From a virus (taxonomy: Duplodnaviria; Caudoviricetes): DNA of 50,050 bases. Under the pieces are notes generated by a model. It searched no databases. It worked only from the letters and a program-made list of their open reading frames with translations, and was not told the DNA's origin. Every line of letters begins with the position of its first letter. Positions within the stretch are counted from its first letter, which is position 1. The translations under genes and the position numbers were made by a program. Shown in pieces: positions 27,530 through 38,054 of the stretch. The stretch covers positions 1-50,050 of the IMG/VR virus record IMGVR_UViG_3300025676_000024. One strand, written 5' to 3'.

Positions 27530-29500
27530 CTAAGATGTTGTTACCTTGCTAGGGTCTTGGCTTCCCCACAAAATTGTTAAACTTATTACACTTCGTGTTG
27601 ATTGTTGACTAAAATCCAATATTATTGGATTTCTGAATAGTGTTTTTGTTTTGGTAAAATTTATATCATCATTTCCATGACTTTTTGGATGATAATATAC
27701 ACTCTCCACATTCATCGACAATTTTGCGGCAATGTCATCAATATTTGTAATGACACAAAGGGTTTTACCTACCAAATCCTTTGCATAAGAAGTTTGAAGT
27801 GGAACTCTAAGTGAAGTACCGCTTCTTCTGTATGAATCATATGCAACAATATTGTTCAAAGTGGTCTCATTGTATATTTTCTTATTCCCTGTTGTTACTA
27901 GTCGTTCACTATTATGCATTACCTCTTTTCCTTTTGGTAGGTTTGCATATCCACCACTCCCTTTAGCACCAAACTCCGCGCCAATGTTGCTTACTGTAAT
28001 CACAGGTACTAGAGATTTGTAACTCGTAGCATTTGGACCCAAACCAGCATACATTGGCGCTCCTGCATCGGTGAAGAATTCTTGTATAGCATAAAAATCA
28101 AATTCTTTTGGTGTATTGTCATGGTCAGGTGATGCTGAATCAAAAGCATCTGTAATATCATTTACATTTATCGATACATGTATCACTGTAGAAAGGTCCA
28201 GAAATTCATCAAGATGTTTTGCAAGGCCTCCGATAGGTGTTAAGTTAATTTTAACCCTATCATTAACATCTCCAGGCCAATTGGGAAAATATCGCCCCCA
28301 CATAACTGTATCAACTACTGCTGATGTATATCCAGAACCTGGTTCTTTTGGTTCTCCGAAACCATCAATCATATGCCTTCCTTTTGCAGCGTCATACACT
28401 GTAGAGATTGGAATCAATGCTTCAGTGATAGTACTACCTGCTCTTATTGGAAGATATAATGTTCCATCTTTTATATTAGTATCATAAGTTCCAGCGGTAA
28501 TCATCTTTTCTTCAACTGTCATACTACTCAAATCAGCACTTGCAGATAATATAGAACCAAAAAGATTTTCTTGATGGTAATTAATCATGTCTGCATTTCT
28601 TCCTAGTGCAGAAGTATTTGGAATATGTTTATCATTAATAACACTAGTGTAATAACTATTCTCGTTCCAATCAATTGTGCATCCACAAGGACCACAATCT
28701 GTTGGATAGTTTTCTCCATCACATCCTGTACATCCACAAGTAGTACAACCAGACGGGTCAAATTTATTAAACACATATTTCATGTTTAATGCTTCTGCCA
28801 TTTCTATACATCTGTAACACTTAGAACATAGACATTTATAAAATTGGCCAGCGGCATATGTGCTACCACCGATAGAGTCATATCCAGATTCACCATAATA
28901 CAAACAACAATTTCCTGTTCTTCCTTCACTACCCGCACCACATATATTTTTTGCTTTAGTTGACAGCGAAGTTGTCGAAGTAACATTCTTTAACAAATCC
29001 TCAAACGGTGCAATCTCCTGATATCTACTACTCAACTGGTCAAAAGAATCTGGAACAGCATTAATTGCCATCCATGATATTCCGTCTGGAGTAGTTTCTA
29101 TCCCACCATCAATTCTGGTGGGTTTATTTCTTGTAAGGATAGTACCCATCTTGTCTATTCTGTTTTGAATACCAGGCATACCAACAACCATAAACAAAAT
29201 ACCATCACTAACAAACACTATTTGTCCAGTGGCAGTTCCGTCAGAGTAATAGCAATGTGGTGCTAGACCAGTTTTCCAATACTTTGTTTCGGTTGCACTA
29301 AACTGCACAACTGTTTTTATATTGTTGTCAGTAATTCTTTGTGCAAACATACTATTATCATTAGTATCATTATTACCTTCTGGAGAATTATTTATAATGT
29401 CCGAATCTGACCTGCCAAGACAAAGTGATAGATTTCGCTTGCGAAGTCCATCTCTAATTTCTTGGGTTGTTCCGTTTATTTTTCCTAATGTTTTAGCCAT
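27530..29500 (-). CDS. gp8: Divergent baseplate wedge subunit (gp8-like) with Cys-rich insertion
   Basis: Position after gp7; LCLGR...MFAQRIT...YWKTG...KPT...TPDGISW resembles the gp8 N-terminal pattern; strongly diverged. Confidence 0.6.
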   Translation of the reverse strand: MAKTLGKINGTTQEIRDGLRKRNLSLCLGRSDSDIINNSPEGNNDTNDNSMFAQRITDNNIKTVVQFSATETKYWKTGLAPHCYYSDGTATGQIVFVSDGILFMVVGMPGIQNRIDKMGTILTRNKPTRIDGGIETTPDGISWMAINAVPDSFDQLSSRYQEIAPFEDLLKNVTSTTSLSTKAKNICGAGSEGRTGNCCLYYGESGYDSIGGSTYAAGQFYKCLCSKCYRCIEMAEALNMKYVFNKFDPSGCTTCGCTGCDGENYPTDCGPCGCTIDWNENSYYTSVINDKHIPNTSALGRNADMINYHQENLFGSILSASADLSSMTVEEKMITAGTYDTNIKDGTLYLPIRAGSTITEALIPISTVYDAAKGRHMIDGFGEPKEPGSGYTSAVVDTVMWGRYFPNWPGDVNDRVKINLTPIGGLAKHLDEFLDLSTVIHVSINVNDITDAFDSASPDHDNTPKEFDFYAIQEFFTDAGAPMYAGLGPNATSYKSLVPVITVSNIGAEFGAKGSGGYANLPKGKEVMHNSERLVTTGNKKIYNETTLNNIVAYDSYRRSGTSLRVPLQTSYAKDLVGKTLCVITNIDDIAAKLSMNVESVYYHPKSHGNDDINFTKTKTLFRNPIILDFSQQSTRSVISLTILWGSQDPSKVTTS

Positions 29501-29512
29501 ATAAATATCCTA

Positions 29513-30763
29513 TTATGTCCAGCATTGTCCAGTACCTGAAGTGCATCCCGTTATTCCAATATTTGGACTGTTTGTTGAGGAATACAGATATATAAAGTCA
29601 CGAATATATATGCCTCCAAAAGTTAGTCCGGCATCAATATCAGCATCCCATGTAGGCCATCGGTGTGTTGGTGAATTATAATCAGCAGATATACCACCAC
29701 CACCGACTGCACCCCAACCTTGTCCCATTGTCCAACCACCAGAAGCACCACCGAATGTACCAAGAGTTGCACCAATATATGCGGTAGGACCGTCATAACC
29801 AAACGCACTACCACAACAGCCAATACACGCAGAATATCCTGTAGTTCCTACCGCAGAACCTATTCCTCCTGTATTGCTCAAACGGTATGCAAAATAATTT
29901 CCTAATACTGGTTGTTCTCCTAGAAGTATATTACCATCAAAATCATCTGGAGGAACATAATCATTAATAGTTTGTTCAAAAAATCCTTTAGTGCCCGCGG
30001 GGTGAAGCATTGTATTTAAATCTTCATAGTAAACTGGCAATCCAGTTTCTTCATTGACCACATTTACTCCTGCTTTTATAACATAAGAGAAGTCTTGATA
30101 AAAATCACTATCTTGAATTTTATAATTTCCATTTAGGAAACTACCACCGAGATGATTAAGATTTTCATAATAACCAGTAAGACCATCATGTAGACCCCAA
30201 GGGTTCGTTGGATTATCAAACTTGCCACCATTTAGACGAAATACGGTTTGTTTAGGATATTGTATGGATACATCAGTTCCGTCAGAACCAAAAAGACTTT
30301 GAAAGAAATATCGATATGCTTCTTCAGTACCTTTTCGCATATACAAGTTTTTACGAATACCCTTTAAAAACTCTCTTACATTACCATCCGAAGGTCCAGA
30401 GGTTGCACCGATAAAATGAGTAGAAAGACCAGTTGCATATGCATATGCAAAATGTTTTAAAAACTCTGTTGGTGTTGCATCTATATCTGCTAATTTACTA
30501 AACCCACTGTAATGATATGATGTCCTATTTAATTCATATCCACTTTTAATATATAACCAATTATAATATTCTTGAACAAAATCAACTAAAAAATTAACAG
30601 GGTCACTGGATTCTGACCTTTCTAATATCCAATAAGGAAATAACTCTTTAATGTCCACCACTCTCTCATATTCTACATCTACAGGCTGAAGCAATGACCC
30701 AAAAAAAAGGGTTTGGTATCTAGTGTTAGCATCAGAGTTTTGTATGATAGAAGTATAAAACAT
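29513..30763 (-). CDS. gp7: Baseplate wedge initiator (compact gp7-like)
   Basis: FVQEYYNWL, DIDAT, LYMRKGTEEAYRYFFQSLFG, IQDSDFYQDFSYVIK, LHPAG motifs; follows gp6. Confidence 0.8.
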   Translation of the reverse strand: MFYTSIIQNSDANTRYQTLFFGSLLQPVDVEYERVVDIKELFPYWILERSESSDPVNFLVDFVQEYYNWLYIKSGYELNRTSYHYSGFSKLADIDATPTEFLKHFAYAYATGLSTHFIGATSGPSDGNVREFLKGIRKNLYMRKGTEEAYRYFFQSLFGSDGTDVSIQYPKQTVFRLNGGKFDNPTNPWGLHDGLTGYYENLNHLGGSFLNGNYKIQDSDFYQDFSYVIKAGVNVVNEETGLPVYYEDLNTMLHPAGTKGFFEQTINDYVPPDDFDGNILLGEQPVLGNYFAYRLSNTGGIGSAVGTTGYSACIGCCGSAFGYDGPTAYIGATLGTFGGASGGWTMGQGWGAVGGGGISADYNSPTHRWPTWDADIDAGLTFGGIYIRDFIYLYSSTNSPNIGITGCTSGTGQCWT

Positions 30764-30767
30764 ATTA

Positions 30768-32576
30768 TTAACTTCTTGCGACTAAAGAAAAATCCTCAAA
30801 TTTTAAATTAGAAAAATACATATTTTCTTTTATATTAAATTTATCAGAACCAAGACCACCAGGCTTCACCTTTAAATTAATAGTATCACCAGAAAATACA
30901 TTTTTAGTTATAATAACTTTTCCTGTATACGAATGCCATTTTCCAACAGGTATGCGATTAATACCATCTGAAGCCTCTAACTTTTGAAATCCTTTATCAT
31001 CGAGTGAACCATCAGTTGTGTCAGTTTGTATTTTTATATTCACATCAGAACCAATATCCATTTCATCGCGTGCGTCTTCTGATGGAATAAAATAATCAGA
31101 TTCAAGAGAGCCAACTAAGCATATATTTTTAAAATGTTGTATGTCTATCCTATTATTAATAACAGTACATGGTTTTACTAATTTCAAAGAGAGTTCGTCA
31201 GAAGAAACTCCAAAAGAGTCATCTACAGAATTTACTAGATTAGCAATAGAAGAAGTATCAAACTTCTCCAATTCAAATCTGGATGAATATTTATCGATAA
31301 TTTTTTGTTTTATATGCGACAGTAAGACCTCGCGAGATTCTCCTGTTTCATCGGGATTATATATACACCGACCAGAAACAACACCTTCAACCCTTTCTAA
31401 ATTTATAAATTCTGGAATAATAGTAACACAGGTTTTATCTTTTAGAATATTTATTGCAGTCGCGGATGCAAATGGGTCTGTTGTTGTATCTAAAGAAACA
31501 AAAAGTCTTCCGTATCTTGGTGGAGTCATCGTTTCCCCGCCCCACACATTAAATACTGAATAGGGGTCTTCGTCACCTGTTACAAATCCCGATTCTGCAA
31601 GAAGTCCTTTACAGTCCTCTACAGTAACTGCTCTATCTTGTGCAGCGAACCACTTTGGAGCAAAAAATCTAATTGCTTCTAGGTCTGGTTTATTCCTGCC
31701 ATCTTCAGACAAACCACCAGTTGGAGTAGAACTGTTGATGTTGGAATCCATATCTCTGATTGTAAAATTACCACAACCATTAGCAACAGAACCGCTGCTC
31801 TTTAAATATGAAACTCTCACTTGTTGGTTTGGAGTAAGTTCTTGTCCTATATTTCCATAAGAAGAATCAAACCCACCACCAAATACTATAAAGAATCCAA
31901 GTTCTGCTCTTTCCATCCAATACACTTTGCTTGTTTGATTTAATCCTGATTGTGTATTACTTGCCTTTGACCATTCTTGCCAACCAACATCACTTCCATC
32001 AATATTTTGGTCGGTATTATATACTTCTATCCTAACTGTGGATATGTCTATATCTAAACCATAAATGAACCCCTTATTTGTTGTACTGTCTACAATTAAT
32101 GGAACTCCTGTTATTAAACTTTTACCTTCTACAACAGTAAATGTATTTTCACCTTGGTCATTTAAAACACCATCTTCTAATGTGTAAAAATTATATAACA
32201 AACCAGAAGGAGCATTTCCAGTAAATCTTGTATATCTCGGAATAAGATATCCAGAACCACCGACTGTATCCTCCGATTTAACAAATGCTAATCCTTTAGA
32301 AGATGTTTTGCCAGGCACCACATACCCTAATGGTTTCACTAGTGAAATTATAGATTCTTCTTTTTGTGCAGTATCTAGAAACATCTCACTAGCAGTCATG
32401 TTTGCATAATACCCATAATATAAAGTATTATATGCAAGCATATCTAAAAGAACCTGTGCGGCCGAACCAGTGTACTCATAATCTTTAATATCATTTTGTG
32501 TTTTTAGGTGGTCTATGATATTAGATTTAATAGATTCAAAATCAAGACTTCCTAGTTGAATATTTACATTGCTCAT
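30768..32576 (-). CDS. gp6: Baseplate wedge subunit
   Basis: LDFESIKSN..DYEYTGSA..LLDMLAYNT..EMFLDTA..LGYVVP; AIRFFAPKWFAAQDRAVTVED; VWGGE..PPRYGRLFVS. Confidence 0.93.
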   Translation of the reverse strand: MSNVNIQLGSLDFESIKSNIIDHLKTQNDIKDYEYTGSAAQVLLDMLAYNTLYYGYYANMTASEMFLDTAQKEESIISLVKPLGYVVPGKTSSKGLAFVKSEDTVGGSGYLIPRYTRFTGNAPSGLLYNFYTLEDGVLNDQGENTFTVVEGKSLITGVPLIVDSTTNKGFIYGLDIDISTVRIEVYNTDQNIDGSDVGWQEWSKASNTQSGLNQTSKVYWMERAELGFFIVFGGGFDSSYGNIGQELTPNQQVRVSYLKSSGSVANGCGNFTIRDMDSNINSSTPTGGLSEDGRNKPDLEAIRFFAPKWFAAQDRAVTVEDCKGLLAESGFVTGDEDPYSVFNVWGGETMTPPRYGRLFVSLDTTTDPFASATAINILKDKTCVTIIPEFINLERVEGVVSGRCIYNPDETGESREVLLSHIKQKIIDKYSSRFELEKFDTSSIANLVNSVDDSFGVSSDELSLKLVKPCTVINNRIDIQHFKNICLVGSLESDYFIPSEDARDEMDIGSDVNIKIQTDTTDGSLDDKGFQKLEASDGINRIPVGKWHSYTGKVIITKNVFSGDTINLKVKPGGLGSDKFNIKENMYFSNLKFEDFSLVARS

Positions 32577-32577
32577 A

Positions 32578-33012
32578 TTATCTTACCTTCTGTAATGTTA
32601 CTTGTAAAGTGTCCGATAGTTTGGACTTTCTTCCGTTAAGAATAGTGTAGTTGATTGTCATATTCAATTGATTTCTAGTCCCCGAACTTCCTTGTTTTGC
32701 AACATCCGAATCTTCTTCAAAAATAACAGAATCAATAACTGCTCTGGGTTCAAATCTAGAAACTTGAATCTTTATATCTTTTTCCACGAGTTTGGATTGG
32801 AGTGGAGTCCACAACTCAAATAACTTCTTACGAATACCTACACCAAACCTGTCATTAAATCTTTTTTCACCCGGAGAGGTAAGAACTATATTCATAATAG
32901 ATTGTCTAATTGCATTCCTATCACCAACAACAGAGATATCGTTATTGAACACATTTTTATTTAAATCTATATCAAAATCTATGAATTGAAAATCTGATAC
33001 TGTCATTGGCAT
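32578..33012 (-). CDS. gp25: Baseplate wedge / sheath initiator (GPW/gp25 family)
   Basis: AIRQSIMNIVLTSPGEKRFN..FG..I...LFE, FEPRA motifs. Confidence 0.92.
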   Translation of the reverse strand: MPMTVSDFQFIDFDIDLNKNVFNNDISVVGDRNAIRQSIMNIVLTSPGEKRFNDRFGVGIRKKLFELWTPLQSKLVEKDIKIQVSRFEPRAVIDSVIFEEDSDVAKQGSSGTRNQLNMTINYTILNGRKSKLSDTLQVTLQKVR

Positions 33013-33034
33013 TCCTTTTTAATATGTATAATAA

Positions 33035-33856
33035 TCAATTCCATATCCAGTTCCAAATCTCACCAAAGAAACCTAAAGATTCACTCTCATTTGGGTCCAT
33101 CGGACTACTATCTCTGATTAAAGTGCAATACATTTCATGCTGTCCACCCCTTTTCATCGAGTGCTGAATTTCTGCAAGTAACCATCTACCACCCATTCTT
33201 CTTTCTTTTCCCGAACCAGGATTTTGATTTGTTATGTTAATTATTTCTCCAGGCCTCAAACTCAAATCTCCACTCAACATAATTACGGCTTGTTGAGAAT
33301 TTATCAGAGTCATTTGAGCATCTCTCCATAAAGGAGTTTCGTTAGGAGTATCCCAATATGTTGCACTGGTTCTTGTATATTCAATATACTTTTTAAAGTT
33401 CTCACCTACACAGGGACAATCACAACTGCTAGGATGGTGTTGGTCTTTCCATAAACATCCCATCCATGATTCGGCATCAGGTAGTGAAGACGATTTAATA
33501 TAATCGCATTCTTTTATAGATTCTATAGATTCTCTTATTTGGTCTTTTGTTGGTTCAGTAACAGCCTTATCACCCCAAATCCAATTCCAAACGGTTTCTA
33601 CAAGTAGTCCCCCAATTCCAGCATACCACGGAAAATCAATTTTATTTTCTACTTTAGAGGGGTCAAGATGTTTAGTACATTCTGGGCAATTACAAAAAGG
33701 GTCATCATCAGGACAATCTGAATTGTCTACTGGACCCTCTGGATTAGCACACGGATAGTTATCATCAAACGCACCGACAGAATGACCCAACTTGACACTA
33801 GGCCATTCGGTGTTAGCAAAGTGAGTGAGTTTTACTAGAAAGTCATGTTCTGCCAT
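33035..33856 (-). CDS. C-terminal part of gp27-like baseplate hub (separate gene)
   Basis: SQQAVIMLSGDLSLRPGEIINI...GGRWLLAEIQH...CTLIRDS is the hub/GpD C-terminal pattern; own AGGAG RBS and late promoter; Cys-rich N-terminus. Confidence 0.7.
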   Translation of the reverse strand: MAEHDFLVKLTHFANTEWPSVKLGHSVGAFDDNYPCANPEGPVDNSDCPDDDPFCNCPECTKHLDPSKVENKIDFPWYAGIGGLLVETVWNWIWGDKAVTEPTKDQIRESIESIKECDYIKSSSLPDAESWMGCLWKDQHHPSSCDCPCVGENFKKYIEYTRTSATYWDTPNETPLWRDAQMTLINSQQAVIMLSGDLSLRPGEIINITNQNPGSGKERRMGGRWLLAEIQHSMKRGGQHEMYCTLIRDSSPMDPNESESLGFFGEIWNWIWN

Positions 33857-33871
33857 ATATTTCTCCTAATC

Positions 33872-33879
33872 TATTTATA
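33872..33879 (-). promoter_or_regulatory. T4-type late promoter TATAAATA
   Basis: Plus-strand TATTTATA in the gap between the 1384-aa gene and the hub C-terminal gene. Confidence 0.8.
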
Positions 33880-33883
33880 CAAT

Positions 33884-36800
33884 TTATAGACATACTATAC
33901 CATTTCTTGTGTTTAAACAGTTACATTTACATCCTGCATCAATGCATTCTTGTGGGCAAGTTTGTTGTGGGATTTCTGGTGTTCCGGCATCAGGTGTTCC
34001 GGCATCAGGTGCAGGTGTTAGGGGTAGGGGGCAATTGGTACAACCACCCCAATAATCATAATACCAAACACCGCGGTGACCGCCGAAAAAACCGTCTTGT
34101 AAGCACTCAGCCTCTGCTATTGAGTCGCATCCAAGAGGGGTTGTATTTTCGACACAAGTCCAAGGTTCAAAACAACCACCGTCCTCGCAATCACTACACC
34201 ACACACAACAATCACCAGAGCAAGTGTTGTTGCCATCGTTGCATTGTGAGCAAGGACTGTCATTGACTCCGGGAAACCAAATGTACAAGTCCAATTCACT
34301 ACCAAGTTGTTCACACTCAACATCCGTCAGATTATCTATGCACTCACTGCCGGCGCAACACCCACCTCTCCAAGGTCCACAAGGTGTATTGTCAAAACCA
34401 CAATCAAGATAGCCATTATGGAATGTTCCACCAATATTATTACAAAGCGTGCTGTTAGTTATATGACACGACCCACAATCATCAGTACAACATGCTCCCT
34501 CTGTTATGTCACTACTACACATACAACAACAAGAATCGAACTCTCCTGTTTGTTCATGTGTGTAATTATAAAACCATCCACCCGGTCCGAGGGGGTCATT
34601 TACACAGTACTCCCAAACACAGTACCATTCTCCCGAACAATGACAACCTGCATCATTGCAATCAGGCCCCTGTCCAGAACAGTTTTCGACACCCCCATCC
34701 AGATTTGTTGTACAACATGTTCCTTTGTCTAGGTCACATTGGTAGTTGTTCGGGTCAACACCCGAGCCGAAGCAAGCATCACCGTTAAGCCAAGTTCCCT
34801 CCAACTTAGCACATGCAATCTGAGTTAACTCAATGCAACCAGCACTACCAACACAACAACCACCAAGTGCATCTGGGTCGCATAGTGTAGGGTTCTCCCA
34901 GCAAGAATCGTCAGGTTCTCCTGATGAACAATCATACGCAGTCCATTCACCTTCCCAACCATTATCATCATAACTTGCTTCGCATTCATTTTCAAATGTG
35001 CAATCCTGGCAAGAACAAGCACCACCATCAGGAATACAACTATGACAACAATATCCAGTGCTACACATTGAAGTTTCTCCTTCAACATCACACTGCGAAC
35101 CTTGAGTATAATATACCACTGGATGGGGAGGTGGACCTTTTAATTCATCCAGACATTCTTGTTCGTTGGCAACATTTTTACAATGTCCAACACAACTGAC
35201 TGGATGGGTATTATCTTCTACATCAAAACATTCAGAAATACAACAAGAACCAAACCCTTCACAATCAACCTGCTCACTACCAGACACTCCATCACAAAAA
35301 CAATCCTCGCAGGGATTCCATGATGGAGTTCCGTTACAGTTTTCACCGTGGTTGAAATGCAAACAACTCCATTGTCCCCATAAATAACTCGTACTTAAAC
35401 AGGAACTTACATCATCTATACAACAACACGAACCACAACAAGTAACTTCACTGCAATCCTTTTCTGCATGAAATGAATTGGGTTGAATTTCCGTACCGCC
35501 TAGTTGCATTCCCATTGTGAAGCATTCTTCTATTGTTACATTACCTACACAACAACATTCGCCCTGCTCACCACACTCTCCATACGATATATCGACACAA
35601 CAGGCACCAAATTCTTCAGTACATCCACTTGTGTCGCATGGGTTAGAAGAACATGATAAATCCGAATTCCAAAATCCACCCGCATCTTCACACTGTGTGT
35701 CCGTCAGGTCCTGACAACTTTCACAGTTTTCTAATGCTCCAGGAATACAACATGCCCCATACACAGGCGGTTGGGTGCAATCAGCATCTGCACAAGCAAC
35801 ACCATCATCCTCATAATTACCACCACTATTATTACACTGTATGTTCGTTAGGTCCTGACAACTACCATCTTCAAAACAACATGCACCAGTATCAAATTCA
35901 CAATCATTGCAAGTTGAATTTTCACCCATCCAATCACCATCCAAAGCAACACAATCTGATTCTGTAAAGTCTTCAAAACATGTATCACCTGTTTCAACAC
36001 AACACGCACCCAATGGGTCGCATAGGTTTGCATTACTCTCACAAGAAACATCTTCGTGAAAGTTTTTTTGTCCAACGGCTTTTTCACACTCGTGTTTTCT
36101 TACATCATTATTACATTCCCCAAAATTAGGATAGTCGCAACACGCACCAGTGACATAACAAGCCTTACAAGTATCATCAGGATATTCATCACCAGTGAGT
36201 GTCCACATATCTTCAACATCTTCTGGTTCAAATCCAGCATCTTGTGCAAGTCTACAACATTCATATTTGTATACTAAATTAGGTTTATCATTAGTGAATC
36301 CTTCGTCCTCACTCAAACAACAAGTTATGTCTGTAAGGGGGTTTGCAGAACATCCTAGGTCTAAAGAACAACATAATTTTTTATCTTGTTCTATACAATC
36401 AATATCTCCACATGTCAAATCACAAGAACCAATACCACTTGGATGAACTGCTTCTGGACCCCACCAAATGCCAGGCAATCTATTTTCGTTTTCATCTTCA
36501 TATTCAAAACATTCCCAGACAGTAACATCGTCTAGACAATCACCGTTTGGTAAACAACACGGCGCAGTTGGAAGACATGGATTTTCAGAAGTATAATTTT
36601 CTGGGTCTTTGTTATCCCAATAACTATCACTCTCTGTGCATGAATAGGTTGGCATCTCACCACCAAGAAAATCGTCACACATAAATCTCCAGAAATCACT
36701 GTTACATGCTCTTAGTTTTAATGTTTCTGCATCAAAACCATACTCATACATTGTAGTGTTGTATGTTTCTTGTTCCCACCAACTCAATGGAATTTGTGAA

Positions 36801-38038
36801 TTGGTTGCACCCCACACATTTGAATCATATACAACAACGACTGCACCGTCACCATTAGGTTTCCATACTACTGTACATCCTTCACCATTACAATGTCCTA
36901 CTAATCCTTGACCTTTTCCTCTTGGAAGGAGTCCACTACTAGAAGAACAATGAAACGAAAATGATTTAAGTGGGTCGTCTTCAGTATCTCGTTTTAGAAA
37001 TGGTCTTTTCGACCTTTGACAACAAGACGATGTACTTATATCTATCAAGTTCCACCAAACAGATTCAACTTCAAAATTGTTTATAAAGTTTTCATCTCTT
37101 TCTACATCATAATATTCATCATCTCTAAATCTAAAGAATTCTTCTATTTCTTCTTCATCTTCTTGTTGCGCGCAATACAGTGCAAAGTTTCTTAATAGTT
37201 CTGCTACTTGTAAACCAGATAAAGGCTCTGCATCGTCACCATCTAGACACTTAGTAGTATAATAATTTGAATCATTAAAGAATCCTATCTTCTCTTTACA
37301 TTCTGTTCCGAGCATTGGACTTCCACTGGATTCTCCCATGACAATTAATTTACCACCAGACCTAACCCATTCACGGATTTCAGGCCAATCACTTTCGGGT
37401 GGTGGAACAGTAACAATGTCAGAACCACATAACGGACCGTTGAAGTATCCACTGCCGTCTGTATTCTCATGTTGAGAACCAAAGTTCTTTCCGATAGCAC
37501 CAACGAATGCCAATTTATGACAACCAAGATTACCTCCACTACCAAGAGTACAATGCATTGTACAATCACCTTTTGGTAATAGTGGTCCTTCCCAATTGTC
37601 TATCCAATCTGTAAATGCTTGTGGTGACCATGGGAGAAGTCCCATAGGAGAATCGTATTGATAGAATGTAGATTTTGGAATAATCTTTTCATGAAAAGAA
37701 TAAGTTGGGTCATTGATGTATTCTGTCCAACAACTATTCCACTCACATTCTTCAGGATAATACTCCCAATCTTTTTCTCCCGGATGCCAACAAAGATTTC
37801 CATAATGTAAACCATCTGGATGGCCATCACTCGCTTTATCCCTCCAATCCCAATCGGAATCTCCCTGGTTCGGTTCGGGTGCGGTAGGAGCAAATTCTTC
37901 AAAGTCCCTTGCACTAGTTGTAGTTGTGCCCAATGCACATATAGGACAGTTTGCTTCACCACCGTTATAACGATATTCGTTATCCCAATCTTTACAAGGT
38001 TTATCCCCGCAACAGCAACATGTTTTATATGTTCTCAT
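33884..38038 (-). CDS. Giant Cys-rich (GxCC-repeat) protein with class-I-GATase-like/DUF4350-like domain
   Basis: 1384 aa; starts MRTYKTCCCC; EIREWVRSGGKLIVMGE...GDGAVVVVYDSNVW; many GACC/GSCC modules in the C-terminal 900 aa. Confidence 0.72.
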   Translation of the reverse strand: MRTYKTCCCCGDKPCKDWDNEYRYNGGEANCPICALGTTTTSARDFEEFAPTAPEPNQGDSDWDWRDKASDGHPDGLHYGNLCWHPGEKDWEYYPEECEWNSCWTEYINDPTYSFHEKIIPKSTFYQYDSPMGLLPWSPQAFTDWIDNWEGPLLPKGDCTMHCTLGSGGNLGCHKLAFVGAIGKNFGSQHENTDGSGYFNGPLCGSDIVTVPPPESDWPEIREWVRSGGKLIVMGESSGSPMLGTECKEKIGFFNDSNYYTTKCLDGDDAEPLSGLQVAELLRNFALYCAQQEDEEEIEEFFRFRDDEYYDVERDENFINNFEVESVWWNLIDISTSSCCQRSKRPFLKRDTEDDPLKSFSFHCSSSSGLLPRGKGQGLVGHCNGEGCTVVWKPNGDGAVVVVYDSNVWGATNSQIPLSWWEQETYNTTMYEYGFDAETLKLRACNSDFWRFMCDDFLGGEMPTYSCTESDSYWDNKDPENYTSENPCLPTAPCCLPNGDCLDDVTVWECFEYEDENENRLPGIWWGPEAVHPSGIGSCDLTCGDIDCIEQDKKLCCSLDLGCSANPLTDITCCLSEDEGFTNDKPNLVYKYECCRLAQDAGFEPEDVEDMWTLTGDEYPDDTCKACYVTGACCDYPNFGECNNDVRKHECEKAVGQKNFHEDVSCESNANLCDPLGACCVETGDTCFEDFTESDCVALDGDWMGENSTCNDCEFDTGACCFEDGSCQDLTNIQCNNSGGNYEDDGVACADADCTQPPVYGACCIPGALENCESCQDLTDTQCEDAGGFWNSDLSCSSNPCDTSGCTEEFGACCVDISYGECGEQGECCCVGNVTIEECFTMGMQLGGTEIQPNSFHAEKDCSEVTCCGSCCCIDDVSSCLSTSYLWGQWSCLHFNHGENCNGTPSWNPCEDCFCDGVSGSEQVDCEGFGSCCISECFDVEDNTHPVSCVGHCKNVANEQECLDELKGPPPHPVVYYTQGSQCDVEGETSMCSTGYCCHSCIPDGGACSCQDCTFENECEASYDDNGWEGEWTAYDCSSGEPDDSCWENPTLCDPDALGGCCVGSAGCIELTQIACAKLEGTWLNGDACFGSGVDPNNYQCDLDKGTCCTTNLDGGVENCSGQGPDCNDAGCHCSGEWYCVWEYCVNDPLGPGGWFYNYTHEQTGEFDSCCCMCSSDITEGACCTDDCGSCHITNSTLCNNIGGTFHNGYLDCGFDNTPCGPWRGGCCAGSECIDNLTDVECEQLGSELDLYIWFPGVNDSPCSQCNDGNNTCSGDCCVWCSDCEDGGCFEPWTCVENTTPLGCDSIAEAECLQDGFFGGHRGVWYYDYWGGCTNCPLPLTPAPDAGTPDAGTPEIPQQTCPQECIDAGCKCNCLNTRNGIVCL

Positions 38039-38054
38039 AATATAAGTATACTAA

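Noticed and set aside
33857-38054. Intron, intein or mobile element interrupting the hub gene
   Set aside because: No homing endonuclease, transposase, intein splice motifs or terminal repeats seen; the region is filled by one ORF and the downstream half has its own promoter and RBS.
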